From the NCBI GenBank assembly GCA_965240325.2, contig OZ251244.1, forward strand, positions 806,001 through 870,000: DNA of 64,000 bases, read 5' to 3'. Below, in pieces: positions 10,945 through 22,346 of this stretch. The first letter of the stretch is position 1, and each line of letters opens with the position of its first letter. The stretch is from Rebecca billardiae RCC1528. Taxonomy: Eukaryota; Protista; Haptophyta. A program made the translations under genes and the position numbers. Under the pieces are notes generated by a model that was not told where the DNA came from, ran no database searches, and was given only the letters and a program-made list of their open reading frames with translations.

Positions 10945-12989
10945 TCAGTCCGAGTCGGCCAGGATGATGCTCGAGCGGCTCAGGCTGGCCGAGACCCGCC
11001 TAGTGTTCCGCCTGTGGTGCACGCCGCGGCTGCTGCCGCCGTAGAGCGTCGAGGAGCGCATCGCCGCGCGTGCCGCGGCGCGGATCGTGGCGTCATCGTC
11101 GGAGTCGTCTGAGAGCTCGGACGAGAGGGCGCTGACGTCGGCGTCCGAGGCGCCCGACATGTCGGGGCTCGACTTGTTCCGCCGGCGCCGCCGACTGTGC
11201 CGCCGGTGCGCGACGTACTCCGCCGCAGCCGGCGCGAGCGCGATGATTGCGCTCGCGGCGCCGCCTGCCGCCTTGCCGACGGCGGCGCGCGCGTGCTTCG
11301 ATCCGACGACGAGCTCGCGCGCGGCGAGCGGCATGGTGGTGAAGACTTTGTGCCGGCGGAAGAGGGCGACGAGCGTGATCGCGCGCAGCGCGTCGCACGC
11401 CAGCTGCGGCGCGTCGCTGCCGTCGATGCACACCAGCGCCACCGTGAGCAGTGCGAGCAGCCTGAAGCGCAGCAGCCGCTCGGCAATCGCGGCGCGCGCC
11501 TCGCGCCCCAGCCGCCCGAGAGCGCGCGCCCAGCTGCCCTCGCGCGAGGCCTTCGGGAAGCCGCGGCAGCGCAGCCAGGTGTCTAGGCTGCGTAGCACGC
11601 TCGTGCCGTCCATGATCACCCACGCGACGAGGAGCGCGTGCGCGGTCGACGCGACGAGGTGCGCCTCCGAGCCCGGGTCGCCGAGCGCTGCCGGGTAGGC
11701 AGCCGCGAGCGAGATGGAGATGTGCCGGCACGCGATGATGACGAAGACGAGCTTTCTCAGCTGCGGGCGGAGGGGGCGGGCGCGCGGGCGCAGAGCGCGC
11801 GGGCGTCAGCGCGTGGGCGCACGCGCCGCGGCCGTCGCGCGCGCGCGCGGGTCGGCGCGCCGGGCTGCTGCTCCGGCGCGCGGCCGGGCGCGCGGCGCAG
11901 CGCGGCGCGCACCTTGTACACGGCGGCTGAGGTGCGCAGCAGCAGCTGCACGGCCGCCGAGGCCTCGATCGCGCGGTAGACGACGTCGAAGGGGCAGAGC
12001 TGCACGGCGAGCAGCGCGGTCACGAACGAGAGCAAGTGCCGCGGCCCCTTCAGAATCACCGGAGCCTCGAGAAGCAGGACTGAGCCAACCGTCGCCGCGC
12101 CGAACTTTGCGAGCAGGTTCCCAGCGAGCACGCGCGCGGCGGTGCGGAGCGGCGTGACCGAGGCGGCGGACGCGGCGTGGAAGAGCGGCGCGACGATCCT
12201 CCCCGACGACAGGCGCTGCGCCGGCCGCGAGCGCCGCCAGCGCGGCGGCGGCGAGCGCGGGTCGATCGGCTTCTGCGCGCGGTAATCCGCGCAGCTCGCG
12301 AGCGAAGCTAGGAACGAGACGAACTTGGAGTTGGACGGGCCGAGGCCGCCCTGGGACAGGTCGGCGAGCACGAGGGCGAAGCCGCACGAGAGCAGCACGA
12401 CGAGCACGAGCCGCGCGAGCCATCGCTCGATCCGCCCCGCCGCGCAGTGCGGCGGCGCTTCCATCATCGCTCTCAGCTCAGGCTCGGCCTCTGTCGACGG
12501 CGCCGAGTCGTGCGCGGGCGGCTCTGCCGCGTCAGCTGCGGAAAGGGGCACGTCCGCGGGCTTCGCGGGCGGCTGGGCCGCGTCGTCCTCACCGACGGCC
12601 GCGGCTGCCTCGTGCGCCGGAGGCTGTGCCGCCCCAGCGGCGTCGACGGGCAGCACGGCCGCGTCGAGCGCAGGGTGCCGCGCCTCGTCCGCGGCGGCGG
12701 CTGGGTCGGTCGCCTCGTGCACGGGCGACGGTGCCCCACCGTCAGCATCGACTGCACGAGGCGACTCGCGCGCGGGCGGCTGCGCCGCCGCGGGAGCGGC
12801 GATGTGTGTGGCCGGATCACATGAGCTCGCGCCGACCGGCGCAATGGCCGAGAGCGCACCCGGTGGCGGCGCGTCGCGGGCGTCCGCATCGGAGCCGTGA
12901 TGGACCGAGCGCCTGCGCACTGTGGTGACGTGCGTCTCAACGGCAGTCGCAATCGCGACGGCGTCTGCCGCAGGTGCCGCGTCTCCCAT
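10945..12989 (-). CDS. TRIC/TMEM38-like membrane protein with a long Ala/Pro-rich N-terminus; intron approx. 11761-11912
   Basis: Segment FGAATVGSVLLLEAPVILKGPRHLLSFVTALLAVQLCPFDVVY...AVYK|LRKL resembles TRIC channels (FG..L..LLL.EP...W..IFFCP.D......V.R..K); several hydrophobic helices. Confidence 0.6.
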
Positions 12990-13590
12990 CGCCGCCGGCG
13001 AAATGGGCAACGCGCATCAACTGGAGGCGGCCGGGTGCGGGCACGAACCTTCAGCAGGTACTGGGCGACGGAACACGTCACGCGCGCACGGGCGTCAATT
13101 ATTCTTGACGTGAGCTTCACACGATGGCGACGCTGATTGGAACTTGGAAGGCCTTGCGCGGGAGATCGCAGATCTCAGATGGCAACGCATCTCCGGGAGC
13201 GCTCGCTTTCCAGGAAATCTCCAAGAAGTTTGCCGCTCATTTTTTTGGACGCGCGTCGTTTGAGTCGTTTCGGCTCTTTTCTGGGCATCATCCGGACTCC
13301 CTTGGGGTCCGGATCGGGATGACAGTTGACGCCGCGACCGGCGGCGGCTGCATCGAACTTCGGCACTTCGCTCACTCTGCTCTGACTGAACCGGCACAGC
13401 ACAGGGTTTGGGGAATCAGGGTGGGCCACTGGCGAGCGGGCGGCCAATAGCAACGACGACAGCGGCCGCACGTCATTCGACCAGCAGCGGCTTGAGCCGT
13501 GACGGCGTGGTATCCGGCAGCCGCCCTTCGCGCTCCGCGGCGGCTGTCCGCCGCGCCGCGGTCCGTGACGGGCGCCGGCGCCTGCCCGCC

Positions 13591-16500
13591 ATGTCACGCA
13601 CGCTCAGCAGCACCCTCGAACCGCTCGGCGCGATGGTCTCCGCCGCGATGGGCGCTGCCGCACCTGCGGGCGCAGCGCCGCCCAAGGTGGACATCAGCAG
13701 CACGCGGGACGGCACCGCCGAGCCCGAGGCGGCGCCCCCGCTCGGCGCGGGATACTTCTCGGGCGAGTTCATGCTCAAGGGCCACTCGTCCTGGGCCGAC
13801 AGCCGCAACATCAAGCGGCGCCACTTCATCATCGAGGGTGATCAGCTCAAGCTGTGCGCGCGGCGCGCCACGCGCGCAGCGCCACCGCCTCCGCCTCCGC
13901 TCGCCCCGGCGCGCGCCGCGCGGCCGCCGCGGATCGATGACGCGCGCCGGCCCGCGCGCCGTTCGCGTACACTCGCGCGCGCCTGCCCCCGACCGGCCGC
14001 AGCTTCGGCCGCCGCGGCCGCACCTTCAAGGGCTCGATCACGCTCGACACAGTGACCGCTCTCAGGCCGACGACGGATCCGACCGCGCCGCCGGCGGCGA
14101 TCGAGCTGGTCACGGAGCCCGAGCGCTCGCCGGCGGTGGCGGAGCGGCAGCAGGGGGCGGCGGGCACGGCATCGCGCCCGGCGGGCGCCGCCGCCGCGCG
14201 CGCCTCCGCCGCGTACGCCTGCACGTTCGTCATCTCGGCGGACGGCTCGGAGTCGGATCAGTTCCTAGCGCAGCTGCGCGCGGCCGTGCCCGAGTCTGCG
14301 ACGTCGGAGCTCGCGCTCAAGGCGCGGCTCGGGCGGTGGGCGACGACCGGCTGGCAGCCCTCCGACTACACGCTGGGCAAGACGCTCGGCGTCGGCACAT
14401 TTGGCAAGGTCAAGCTCGCCACCGACCCGTCTGGCCGGCAGGTCGCGGTGAAGCTCATCTCTCGATCCAAATTGCTTGGCACCAACCAGCTCGGCCGGCT
14501 GACAAAGGAGATCTCGATCCTCAAGTGCCTGCGCCACCCGCACGGTGCGCGCGCGGCGCCGTGCGCGCGAGGCGGCGAACCTCCACCCGCGGGGTCGCCG
14601 CGCGCCCCGGCCCCGCGCGCCGCACGCGCGCACCGGGGCGGAGTGGCGCGCGCACGCGCGCGCCGCCGGCCATGATCCGCGCCACGGCTGGTGTACTCAC
14701 ATCCTACCCACCTCCCGCGCGCGCGCGCGCGCAGTGATCTACTTGCACGACGTGTTCCACACGCCGCGCGAGATCATGATGGTGATGGAGTACGTGGGCG
14801 GCGGGGACCTCCTCGCGCTGCTCAACTCGCGCTACCGGCTGCGCACGCCCGACGTGCAGAGCATCTTCTGGCAGGTGCGTGCGCGCGTGCCGCTGCGGCC
14901 GCGCGCGCCGGCCGCGCGCCGGCGCGCGCGCGGCGCGCCGGCGCGCTGCCTCGGCCGAGTGAGCGCCCCTCGAGCGCGCCGCCGCTCACGCGCGCGCCCA
15001 CGCGCCGCCTCGCGCGCGCCACGCAGATCGTCGCCGCCGTCGCGTTCTGCCACTCGCTGGGCGTCGCGCACCGCGACCTCAAGCCTGAGAACATTCTCAT
15101 CGAGGCGACGCCGCGGCGCGCCGGGCAGCCGGCGGCGCAGCCGCCGAGCGGCGGCGCGGGCGGCGGCGACGGCGCGGCGGCGGGCGGGCTGGACGCGGCG
15201 CGGAGGAGCGCACAGGACCCGTCCGCCACGAGCGCGCCGCGCGCCGCCGCCGCCACCGCCACCGGCCGCGCGCCCGCGGCCGCGCCCTCGGCCGCGCCGC
15301 CCGCGCCGCGGTCGGCGCCGCCGACGCCGGGCATCGAGTTCGACTTCACGGCGAAAGTGGCGGACTTCGGGCTGAGCACGCTCGTCTCGGCGGGCGAGTT
15401 TCTGCAGACGCAGTGCGGCTCGCCGCACTACGTCGCGCCTGAGGTCTTGAACTTCGACGGCACCTCCGCGTACGACGGGTGCGAGGCGGACGCGTGGTCG
15501 CTCGGAGTGATTCTGTATGTGCTGCTCTGCCACAAGGTGCGTGTGCGTGCGTGCGCGTGCGCGCTGGGCCGGAGCGCGTGTGCGTGCGTGCGCGTGCGCG
15601 CTGGGCCGGAGCGCGTGTGCGTGCGTGCGCGTGCGCGCTGGGCCGGGGCGCGTGTGCGTGCGTGCGCGTGCGCGCTGGACCGGTGCGCGTGCGTGCGCGT
15701 GCTGGGAGCCGGGCGGCGCCGACTCGGCGGAGGGCGCTTTGCGCGCGGCGGCGCACGCGCCGTCCGGCACTCACGCCAGCCTCGGCGCAGCGCCTTGCCC
15801 CGCGCGCGCCCGCGACGCCGCGCTCGCGTGTGTGCCTCGCCCCCCGCGCGCGCGCTCACACCCGCCGCTCACTCGCGCGTCGTGTCGCGCCGCCGCTCGC
15901 CGCAGCTGCCGTTCGAGGCCGAGAACACGGCGCTCCTCTATCAGAAGATCCGAGGGGGCATCCGCTCGCTGCCGCCGCGCGTGCCCGCGGACGCGGCGGC
16001 GCTCGTTCAGCAGATTCTGGTCGTCGAGCCGTCTGCGCGGCTCACCGCCGCGCAGATGGTGGACCATCCGTGGCTCAACCCGCCCGGAGCCGGCGAGTCC
16101 GATTCGCAAAGCGACGACGACGGCGACGTCGGCGGGGCGGGCGGCGTGCGCGCGGGCACGCGCTCCGCAAAGGGCGTGCCGCGCGGCCTCGCCGCCCGCT
16201 CCGTGGGGAGCATGCTGCCCGAGCTCGCCTCGTTCGGCGGTGGCGGCTCGGACTCGTTTGCCGCCGCCGCCGCACTCGGCAGCGCGACGGGCTCGCCGCG
16301 CCAGAGCCTGGGCGGCGGGCCGCTCGGCGCGCCGGACCCGCTCGGCCTCGCGCTGCTCACGACGATGGGCACGTCGCCGCCGTCGAGCTCAGCGTCTCCG
16401 CCGTCCGTGCGGCGCGCGCGCTGGCAAGGGTCGTCGGGCGCGGCGCCGAGCGGCGCGCAGCAGCCGCCAGACATCACGCGCGCGCGGTCAAATACCCTCT

Positions 16501-16736
16501 CCATGCGGCTGAGTGTCGCCGTGGGCGGCGGCGGCGGCGGCCCGGGCCTCGGCGCGATGCTCGATGGCGACAGCAGCGGCGGCCGCTCGCGGGCGAATCG
16601 GGCTGGCGCCTCGCAGCCGCGTCGCAGGCTCGTGCTCTCGCGCACGGTCGATGCCCTAGTCGACGTGGACCCTGCCTTGATCGCGCGCGTGGCGGCGAGC
16701 GCGCGGCTCACGCACGGCTCGCGCCGGCGGACATGA
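13591..16736 (+). CDS. PH-domain + CAMK/SNF1-like Ser/Thr kinase, multi-exon
   Basis: PH-like start ([38 protein letters not shown]), then [83 protein letters not shown] across about 6 exons. Confidence 0.9.
15537..15705. repeat. Intronic minisatellite, ~36-bp unit x ~4
   Basis: Unit approx. GTGTGCGTGCGTGCGCGTGCGCGCTGGGCCGGAGCGC repeated within a kinase intron. Confidence 0.85.
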
Positions 16737-17500
16737 CGGCTGGCGGCCGGACGGCTCAGCCCGCGCCTGGGGCTCGGGGGTCAGTGTCGTCGGGCTGCAG
16801 CCCTCGCATCACGCGACAATCGCGCCGCCTGCGCACCGGGAGCATCCTGGTCAGTCGTCCGACTAACCGTATTTGGCACTCGGTGGCGCGGAGGGGCCGG
16901 AGGGCCGCATGACCCCTCACCCCACAATCATGGTGGTGCCACAGCCTTCCACGGCCGCCGCCAACCATGGCCATGCCTCGCCCCGAACAGATCAGGACGC
17001 CGGCGGCGTGGTGAACTTGGGTTAAGTACACTGCATGCAGTCTACGTCACAGTCGACGCGGTGAGTGGTGCCGACGTGAGCGCCAAGCGGTGCCTCCGCT
17101 CTGGCGGGTCTCAGTCACGGCGGGCGAAAGCCGGGTTTCGTGTCGTGGATTCCCCATACTTGAATGAAGTGCGTTACACGCTCAGTTTCAGGCCGTGAGA
17201 GTACTCGCACCTATAACGAGCATAAGACGAGAATCGGCGATCCATAATCGTTAAGCGAACCTCATGAAATCTCATGCGGCTCATCATTTGAACAAATCGT
17301 ATCGCTTGTCAGGGGCCAGCTCACCGAGATCAGCATCTCCCTCTCGATCGGTGGTGAGCAGCTGCTGGCCAAGAAACCGACGACGGCTGATCAACAGATG
17401 CGCCCTCATCGAGAGAAAGGGGGTGGTTGTTAGGAGTGCGCCCACCTGCTGCACAGCTCTCGCAGCCGACGACCGAGTCCGGCGGCAGGCGGCATCAACC

Positions 17501-18331
17501 ATGGGCTGTGGCGCGAGCAAGGCGAAGACTGAGCCCGAGCCGGCGCCCCCCAAGCCGGGCGCCGCGCCGCATGCCGACGCAGGCGCGGAGGGCGCAAAGG
17601 CGAACGGGGCGGCGGCCGCCACAACCGCCGCGAGCAAGCCGAGCGAGCCGGCGCCGACAGCAGCAGCGGAGGCGAAGCCGGAGCCGCAGCCGGAGCCGCA
17701 GCCGGAGGAGAAGCCAGCGGCGGAGAAGCCGGCAGAAGAGAAGCCGGCCGACGCGGGAGACGCGGAGGCCCCGGGTTCTGGTGTCGCTCGGCCGCGCATG
17801 AACACCGAGGATGCGGTCGCCGCGGAGGAGGAGGACGACATGGCCGAGCTCAGCGGCAGCTACGGCAGGCGCGACAGGCACATGTCGGGCGGCGCCCAGA
17901 TGAAGCGCAACCGCATGCCCACGGGCCCGGGTGAGTTGGGGCTGGGGGCAGCGTACGACATCAAGTACGATGCCGACAAGAAGAAGGGCTCGGTCTCGTC
18001 AATGAGCGGCCTGGCGGAGGATGGGCAGGATGACGCGGGGGCGGCGCCCAAGGCTACCATCGAGGAGGATGAGGAGGAGGAGGAGGACGCGGCGGCCGAA
18101 AAGCCGCCCGCCGAGGCGGACGCCGCCGAGCCCGCCGCGACCGCCGCTGCGAGCGGCGGCAGGGACGGCGCGGGCGCGGGTGACGATGCATCCGCGGGCC
18201 CGCCGCTTGCTGACACGGCGCCGCCGGCCGCGCCCGCACCGATTACCAGCAGCAGCGTGGCGCCTGCGGCCGTCGTGGACGCGGTCGCGCCCGCAGGAGG
18301 GGCCGCGGACGACGCGCCCGCCTCCGACTAG
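17501..18331 (+). CDS. Hypothetical acidic Ala/Pro/Glu-rich protein with N-terminal dual acylation motif
   Basis: ATG at 17501 gives MGCGASK (N-myristoyl Gly2, palmitoyl Cys3 consensus); coding-like codon usage to the stop at 18331. Confidence 0.75.
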   Translation: MGCGASKAKTEPEPAPPKPGAAPHADAGAEGAKANGAAAATTAASKPSEPAPTAAAEAKPEPQPEPQPEEKPAAEKPAEEKPADAGDAEAPGSGVARPRMNTEDAVAAEEEDDMAELSGSYGRRDRHMSGGAQMKRNRMPTGPGELGLGAAYDIKYDADKKKGSVSSMSGLAEDGQDDAGAAPKATIEEDEEEEEDAAAEKPPAEADAAEPAATAAASGGRDGAGAGDDASAGPPLADTAPPAAPAPITSSSVAPAAVVDAVAPAGGAADDAPASD

Positions 18332-19015
18332 GTGCCGGCGCTACCTGCCAATTACGGCCCGTCGGCCCTTGTCCTCTTCGACAGCCTGCGCGCGGCCTTC
18401 CGCGTCCGCGTGCCGGAGCCGACCCGGCGGCCGGCAGGCGGCAACCCCGCTGCCGCGTCGACTGTTTCAAATCGGCTAGTCGGAGCCTCAGCAGTTGTGA
18501 ACACGGTTGCCACTGTCATTGTCAGAGGTGCCATGGCGCGCGCAGCTATGCCGCTGCCATCCAGGCCCGAGGCCCGAGGGATGGTGCCAGCCGTTACTAC
18601 CGCCGGGCTAGTACTGTAGAGTGTAGGCTCAGTGACTCAGTAGCGGTACTCAGCACTCAGCAGCAGGCTGAGTTCAGAGTGAGGAAGCACTGCTGTCCGA
18701 AACTGACTCCGCACGAAAAAAAGCAAGCCGCACAAGCGACCAAAAAAAGACGACGCACAAGAAAAGAAAAGGGCGACCACCGCACCACGCGCGCCGAACG
18801 CGGGAGTCGGGAGAAGCGAATCTCCTGCTGACAAACCAGCGGCACGCCGGCACCCGCCAATCAAGAGGCGGAAAAGGAGGGGGGGGTGGAAGGGGCCGGG
18901 CCGCGCCTCCCTCCACTTGACGGCTCCAAGTCAAGGTCGCGTTTGGATGCCGGGCGGTCCCATTCCCAACCAACTGCGATCCGAACCCCGGCGACGACGT
19001 CTCGGGAGCTTTGAG

Positions 19016-20905
19016 ATGCGGAGTCGTTGGTGGTTGGGCGCGTGCCTCGTGGCGGTGCTGCTCGCCGCCCCGGGCGTGACGGCACACGCGTCGCGCACGC
19101 AGGTGAGCCTGTCCTTCATCAACTCGCCGCTCGTGCCGCGCGATGTGCTCCTGCCCATCTTCTCGGATGCCGCGCGGCGGCGAGCGGCGACGACCATGGC
19201 AGCCCCCGGCATTGACGCGGCCGAGGTTGTCGGGTTCGTGGTGACGTTGCCCCTGCGGCTGCTGGCGCGCGTCGGATGCGCGGTTGGTGCCGTCGTGCCC
19301 GATCGGCTTCCGCACTGGTGGTCGGTGCGTGGCCGCGCCCTTTGCGCGCGTCGCGCCGCTCGCGCTCGCGCCCCCGCGCGCCTTGCACTGCACCAGAGGG
19401 GCTTCACGAGCGCACCCTGCACTTCGCACGTACACGCGGGTGTGTGCACCCACACTCACCCACCCATCCCCACCCGCGCACCGTGCGCTCCAACCCGCGC
19501 GCGGCGCAGGTGCCCGAGGCGGGTGCGCACGGCCTGGGCGCGCTCGCGATCATGGCTTCGAACATTTTCTACCTCAAGTACGCCATCCGGCTCATCCGGC
19601 GCAAGCGCCCGCTCCTCGGCGCGTGCCTCCTCGTCGCCATGGGGGCGTCGCTGGCGTATCACGGCGCGCAGATCTTCATGGGCGCCGCCGCGTGCCTCAC
19701 GCACAAGGCGTGCTACGTCGACACATCGATCGCGCTCACCTCTGGCCTTGTATATCTGCGCAAGTGCGGCCTGCCGTGCCCGCGGCTCTCCCTCGCCGCG
19801 GCCGGGCTCTTCGCCCTCGGCCCGTCATGCGGCCCTCTCTACGACCTCTCACACTCAGCATGGTGCGCGCGCGCGCGCGCCTGCGGCGCGTGCGCGGGGC
19901 TGCGGCGCGCGGCGCGCGGCGCGCGGCGCGCTGCGTGCGGCGTGCGGCGTGCGGCGTGGGCCGGCGCGCGCGGGGGTCTGGGCGAGGCTGCCCCTGTGCG
20001 TACCGATGCGCGCGCGCACTCTCTCGTGGCTGGGGCATGGTGGTCGCGTCCCCGCGCGCGCCGAGGCTCCGCAGTGCCCGCGACGCTCTGCAGCGACAGC
20101 ACGCCCGGCGCTCACCGCCGCCCCGCGCGCCCGCGCGCCCCGCAGGCATTTCATGAGCGCGTACACCGCGTTTAAGATGGCGACGGGCGAGCGGAGCCCT
20201 ACCACTACAGGCGCAGACGCCGAGGCGCCGGCTGCCAAGCCGCCCCTCGCGCTGCCCACCCCGCTGCCCTTCCTCCCGAGCGCTGAGCGCGCGGCGGTGC
20301 CCTTGCCCTTCGTGGGCGCGGACGTGTCGCGCGCGGCGAACAGCGCCAAGCCCGCTCCCAGCCTGCGCTGGCGGATGGCTCACCGCCACATGCGCGTGCG
20401 GCTGGCGCGCGCCAAGCGGGCCGCGCGCACGGCGCGCGCGCCGGTCCGCGCGTCCGCCGCGCACGTGGCACACCGGCGGCAGTCGAGCGGCGCCGCGGAG
20501 GGCGCCAGCGCGAGCTGGTGGGCGCGCGCGCTGTCGCACTGCGCAGGCGCTGTCTCGGAGCTCGCGTCGGCGGTGGTCGGCAGCACCCGCCGCGCCGCGG
20601 CCGCGCTCGGCGCCGCGGCGGCCGCGGGCTTCGCCCTCGGCCAGCTCGGCGGCCAGGGCGGCCGCTCGCTGCCCGCCTCGTCTCGCGAGCAGCACGCCGC
20701 CACGAGCCCCTTCGGCTCGCTCTGGTCGACCCTCGCTCGGGGCGTGGTCGACGCGCTGGAGTCGCTCGGCTCGCACGCGCGCACAGTCAGCCGCGGGCTG
20801 CTGGATGCTACCGCGGGCACCCACACGCGACTCGTGCACCTGCTGATGCTGTGGACGTCGCGGCACGCCGGCGGCGGTGGCGTGGCGCGCAAGGGCGCGT
20901 GCTGA
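19016..20905 (+). CDS. CREST-superfamily (TMEM8/PGAP6/ceramidase-like) membrane protein; introns approx. 19326-19510 and 19864-20146
   Basis: Signal peptide, then SNIFY, S.xxH (GASLAYH), a conserved Asp (YVD) and HxxWH (SHSAW|HF) split by an intron, the CREST metal-binding triad. Confidence 0.7.
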   Translation: MRSRWWLGACLVAVLLAAPGVTAHASRTQVSLSFINSPLVPRDVLLPIFSDAARRRAATTMAAPGIDAAEVVGFVVTLPLRLLARVGCAVGAVVPDRLPHWWSVRGRALCARRAARARAPARLALHQRGFTSAPCTSHVHAGVCTHTHPPIPTRAPCAPTRARRRCPRRVRTAWARSRSWLRTFSTSSTPSGSSGASARSSARASSSPWGRRWRITARRSSWAPPRASRTRRATSTHRSRSPLALYICASAACRARGSPSPRPGSSPSARHAALSTTSHTQHGARARAPAARARGCGARRAARGALRAACGVRRGPARAGVWARLPLCVPMRARTLSWLGHGGRVPARAEAPQCPRRSAATARPALTAAPRARAPRRHFMSAYTAFKMATGERSPTTTGADAEAPAAKPPLALPTPLPFLPSAERAAVPLPFVGADVSRAANSAKPAPSLRWRMAHRHMRVRLARAKRAARTARAPVRASAAHVAHRRQSSGAAEGASASWWARALSHCAGAVSELASAVVGSTRRAAAALGAAAAAGFALGQLGGQGGRSLPASSREQHAATSPFGSLWSTLARGVVDALESLGSHARTVSRGLLDATAGTHTRLVHLLMLWTSRHAGGGGVARKGAC

Positions 20906-21710
20906 GCGCGCAGCAGCCGCCGCGCTCGCCGGACGGAAGCGCGGAGCTCCGGTGGTCCGGACGGAGAGCAGCTAGTGCTCTAGCGGCAGTCTTACTGATT
21001 ACGGCTCTGCCTGCGGCCCTTAGTACTCTTCAGCCGCACCCGTTCTGCCGGGCCCGTGGCAGCCACGGGCCAAGGGCCTCCCGCGCCGCTTGCTCGCCCG
21101 ACTCTGGAGTCGCCAGGGTCGCGGCCACCGTCTCTGCGGGGCCGGTGGCCATGCTCGCGGCTCAGGCCGCGGCCTGAGCTGCTGCCTGCTGCTGACGGTG
21201 GCCCCGCCACGGCACTCGCACGCGGTCCGACGGACTTGCGCGTCACCCGCCCGCTGCTGAGCACTCGGGCCACCGGACCCGGTCCCGGACGAGGCGGACG
21301 CGTCGACGCCGAGGGCACCGAACGAAGCTTGCTGCCGTCCCACGGCCGACTCGCGAGTGGTGAGCGGCCTGACTCGCCGCGTGGACCTCCGACCTGCGTC
21401 CGGCAGGTGGCAGTACGACTACGAACGGTACGACGCGGCGACCGCCGGCACTCCGCGGCGGACCCGGCGGGAGGCCGCCCGCGCGGCCGCGTGCGGCCGC
21501 GGCAGCGCCGTGCCTTGCCCCGCCCGGCGTGACATTCCGATCAACACTGATGCACGGGCTGGGCGCGCGGCCGGCCGCGGCGTCACACTTACAGCAGAGT
21601 AGCAGACACTGATTGAGTGAGACAGCGGCAGGGAGTCGTCTGGACCGCCGTTTAATACTGTAGGCTGCTATAGACTGAGACAGTACCCCCATACTTGGCT
21701 TCCAGAGGTA

Positions 21711-22319
21711 TGGAGCGCTCGTTGGAACTTGGGCGCCGGTAGTTTGGCGCCCGCGCGGCGAGGGCGACGACGGGCGTACACGGGGCCCGCGGCGACGGGA
21801 AGCGCGCGGGCGCGGTCGAGAACGGCACGATCCGGACGCCTCTCGCCAGCCGCGGACGCGCACCGCGCCTCCTCCTCGCACGCTGCTAACTTGATCCGGG
21901 TTGAACGGTGGTTTTGCTGCCGACCAGCTCAAGTTCCACGGCTGGTCAAGGTTCGGCTTGCGACCTCGCCGCTGGTGCTTGCAAGAAGGTACACGAGTTG
22001 GTCGAACTCCCACGCACCCGCTCTGCGCTCGTCGACGCCCTCTGAAGGTGACTCGGGGTGCATGCCGGGCAGTGGAATGCAGTGGTTCGGCGTTGCCTCT
22101 CAGTCGTCCAGCGCGTAGGCCATGTAGCGCGGGTGTGGTGCGCGCATGGCCCGGTAATTCGGTCGCGGCATGTCTGTCTGGGCTGCCCAAGGCCTGCCGC
22201 ACCGCAAAGCGAGCGCTCAGGAGCGTGTGCCGACCGTGCCAGCCCCGCCGAGATGGGGCACTTCGCTGGGAAATGCGGTGTCAAGTTCCACCCCCGCTCA
22301 AGTTCCAACGAGCGCTCCA
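21711..22319. mobile_element. MITE with ~25-bp TIRs flanked by TA
   Basis: TA|TGGAGCGCTCGTTGGAACTTGGGCG ... CGCTCAAGTTCCAACGAGCGCTCCA|TA (1 mismatch); internal CAAGTTCCA copies near 21930 and 22282. Confidence 0.75.
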
Positions 22320-22346
22320 TACTTATGTGGGCCCCTTTCGTCCACG

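Noticed and set aside
15537-15705. ~36-bp repeats as a CRISPR array
   Set aside because: Head-to-tail units without unique spacers, inside a spliceosomal intron, and no cas genes.
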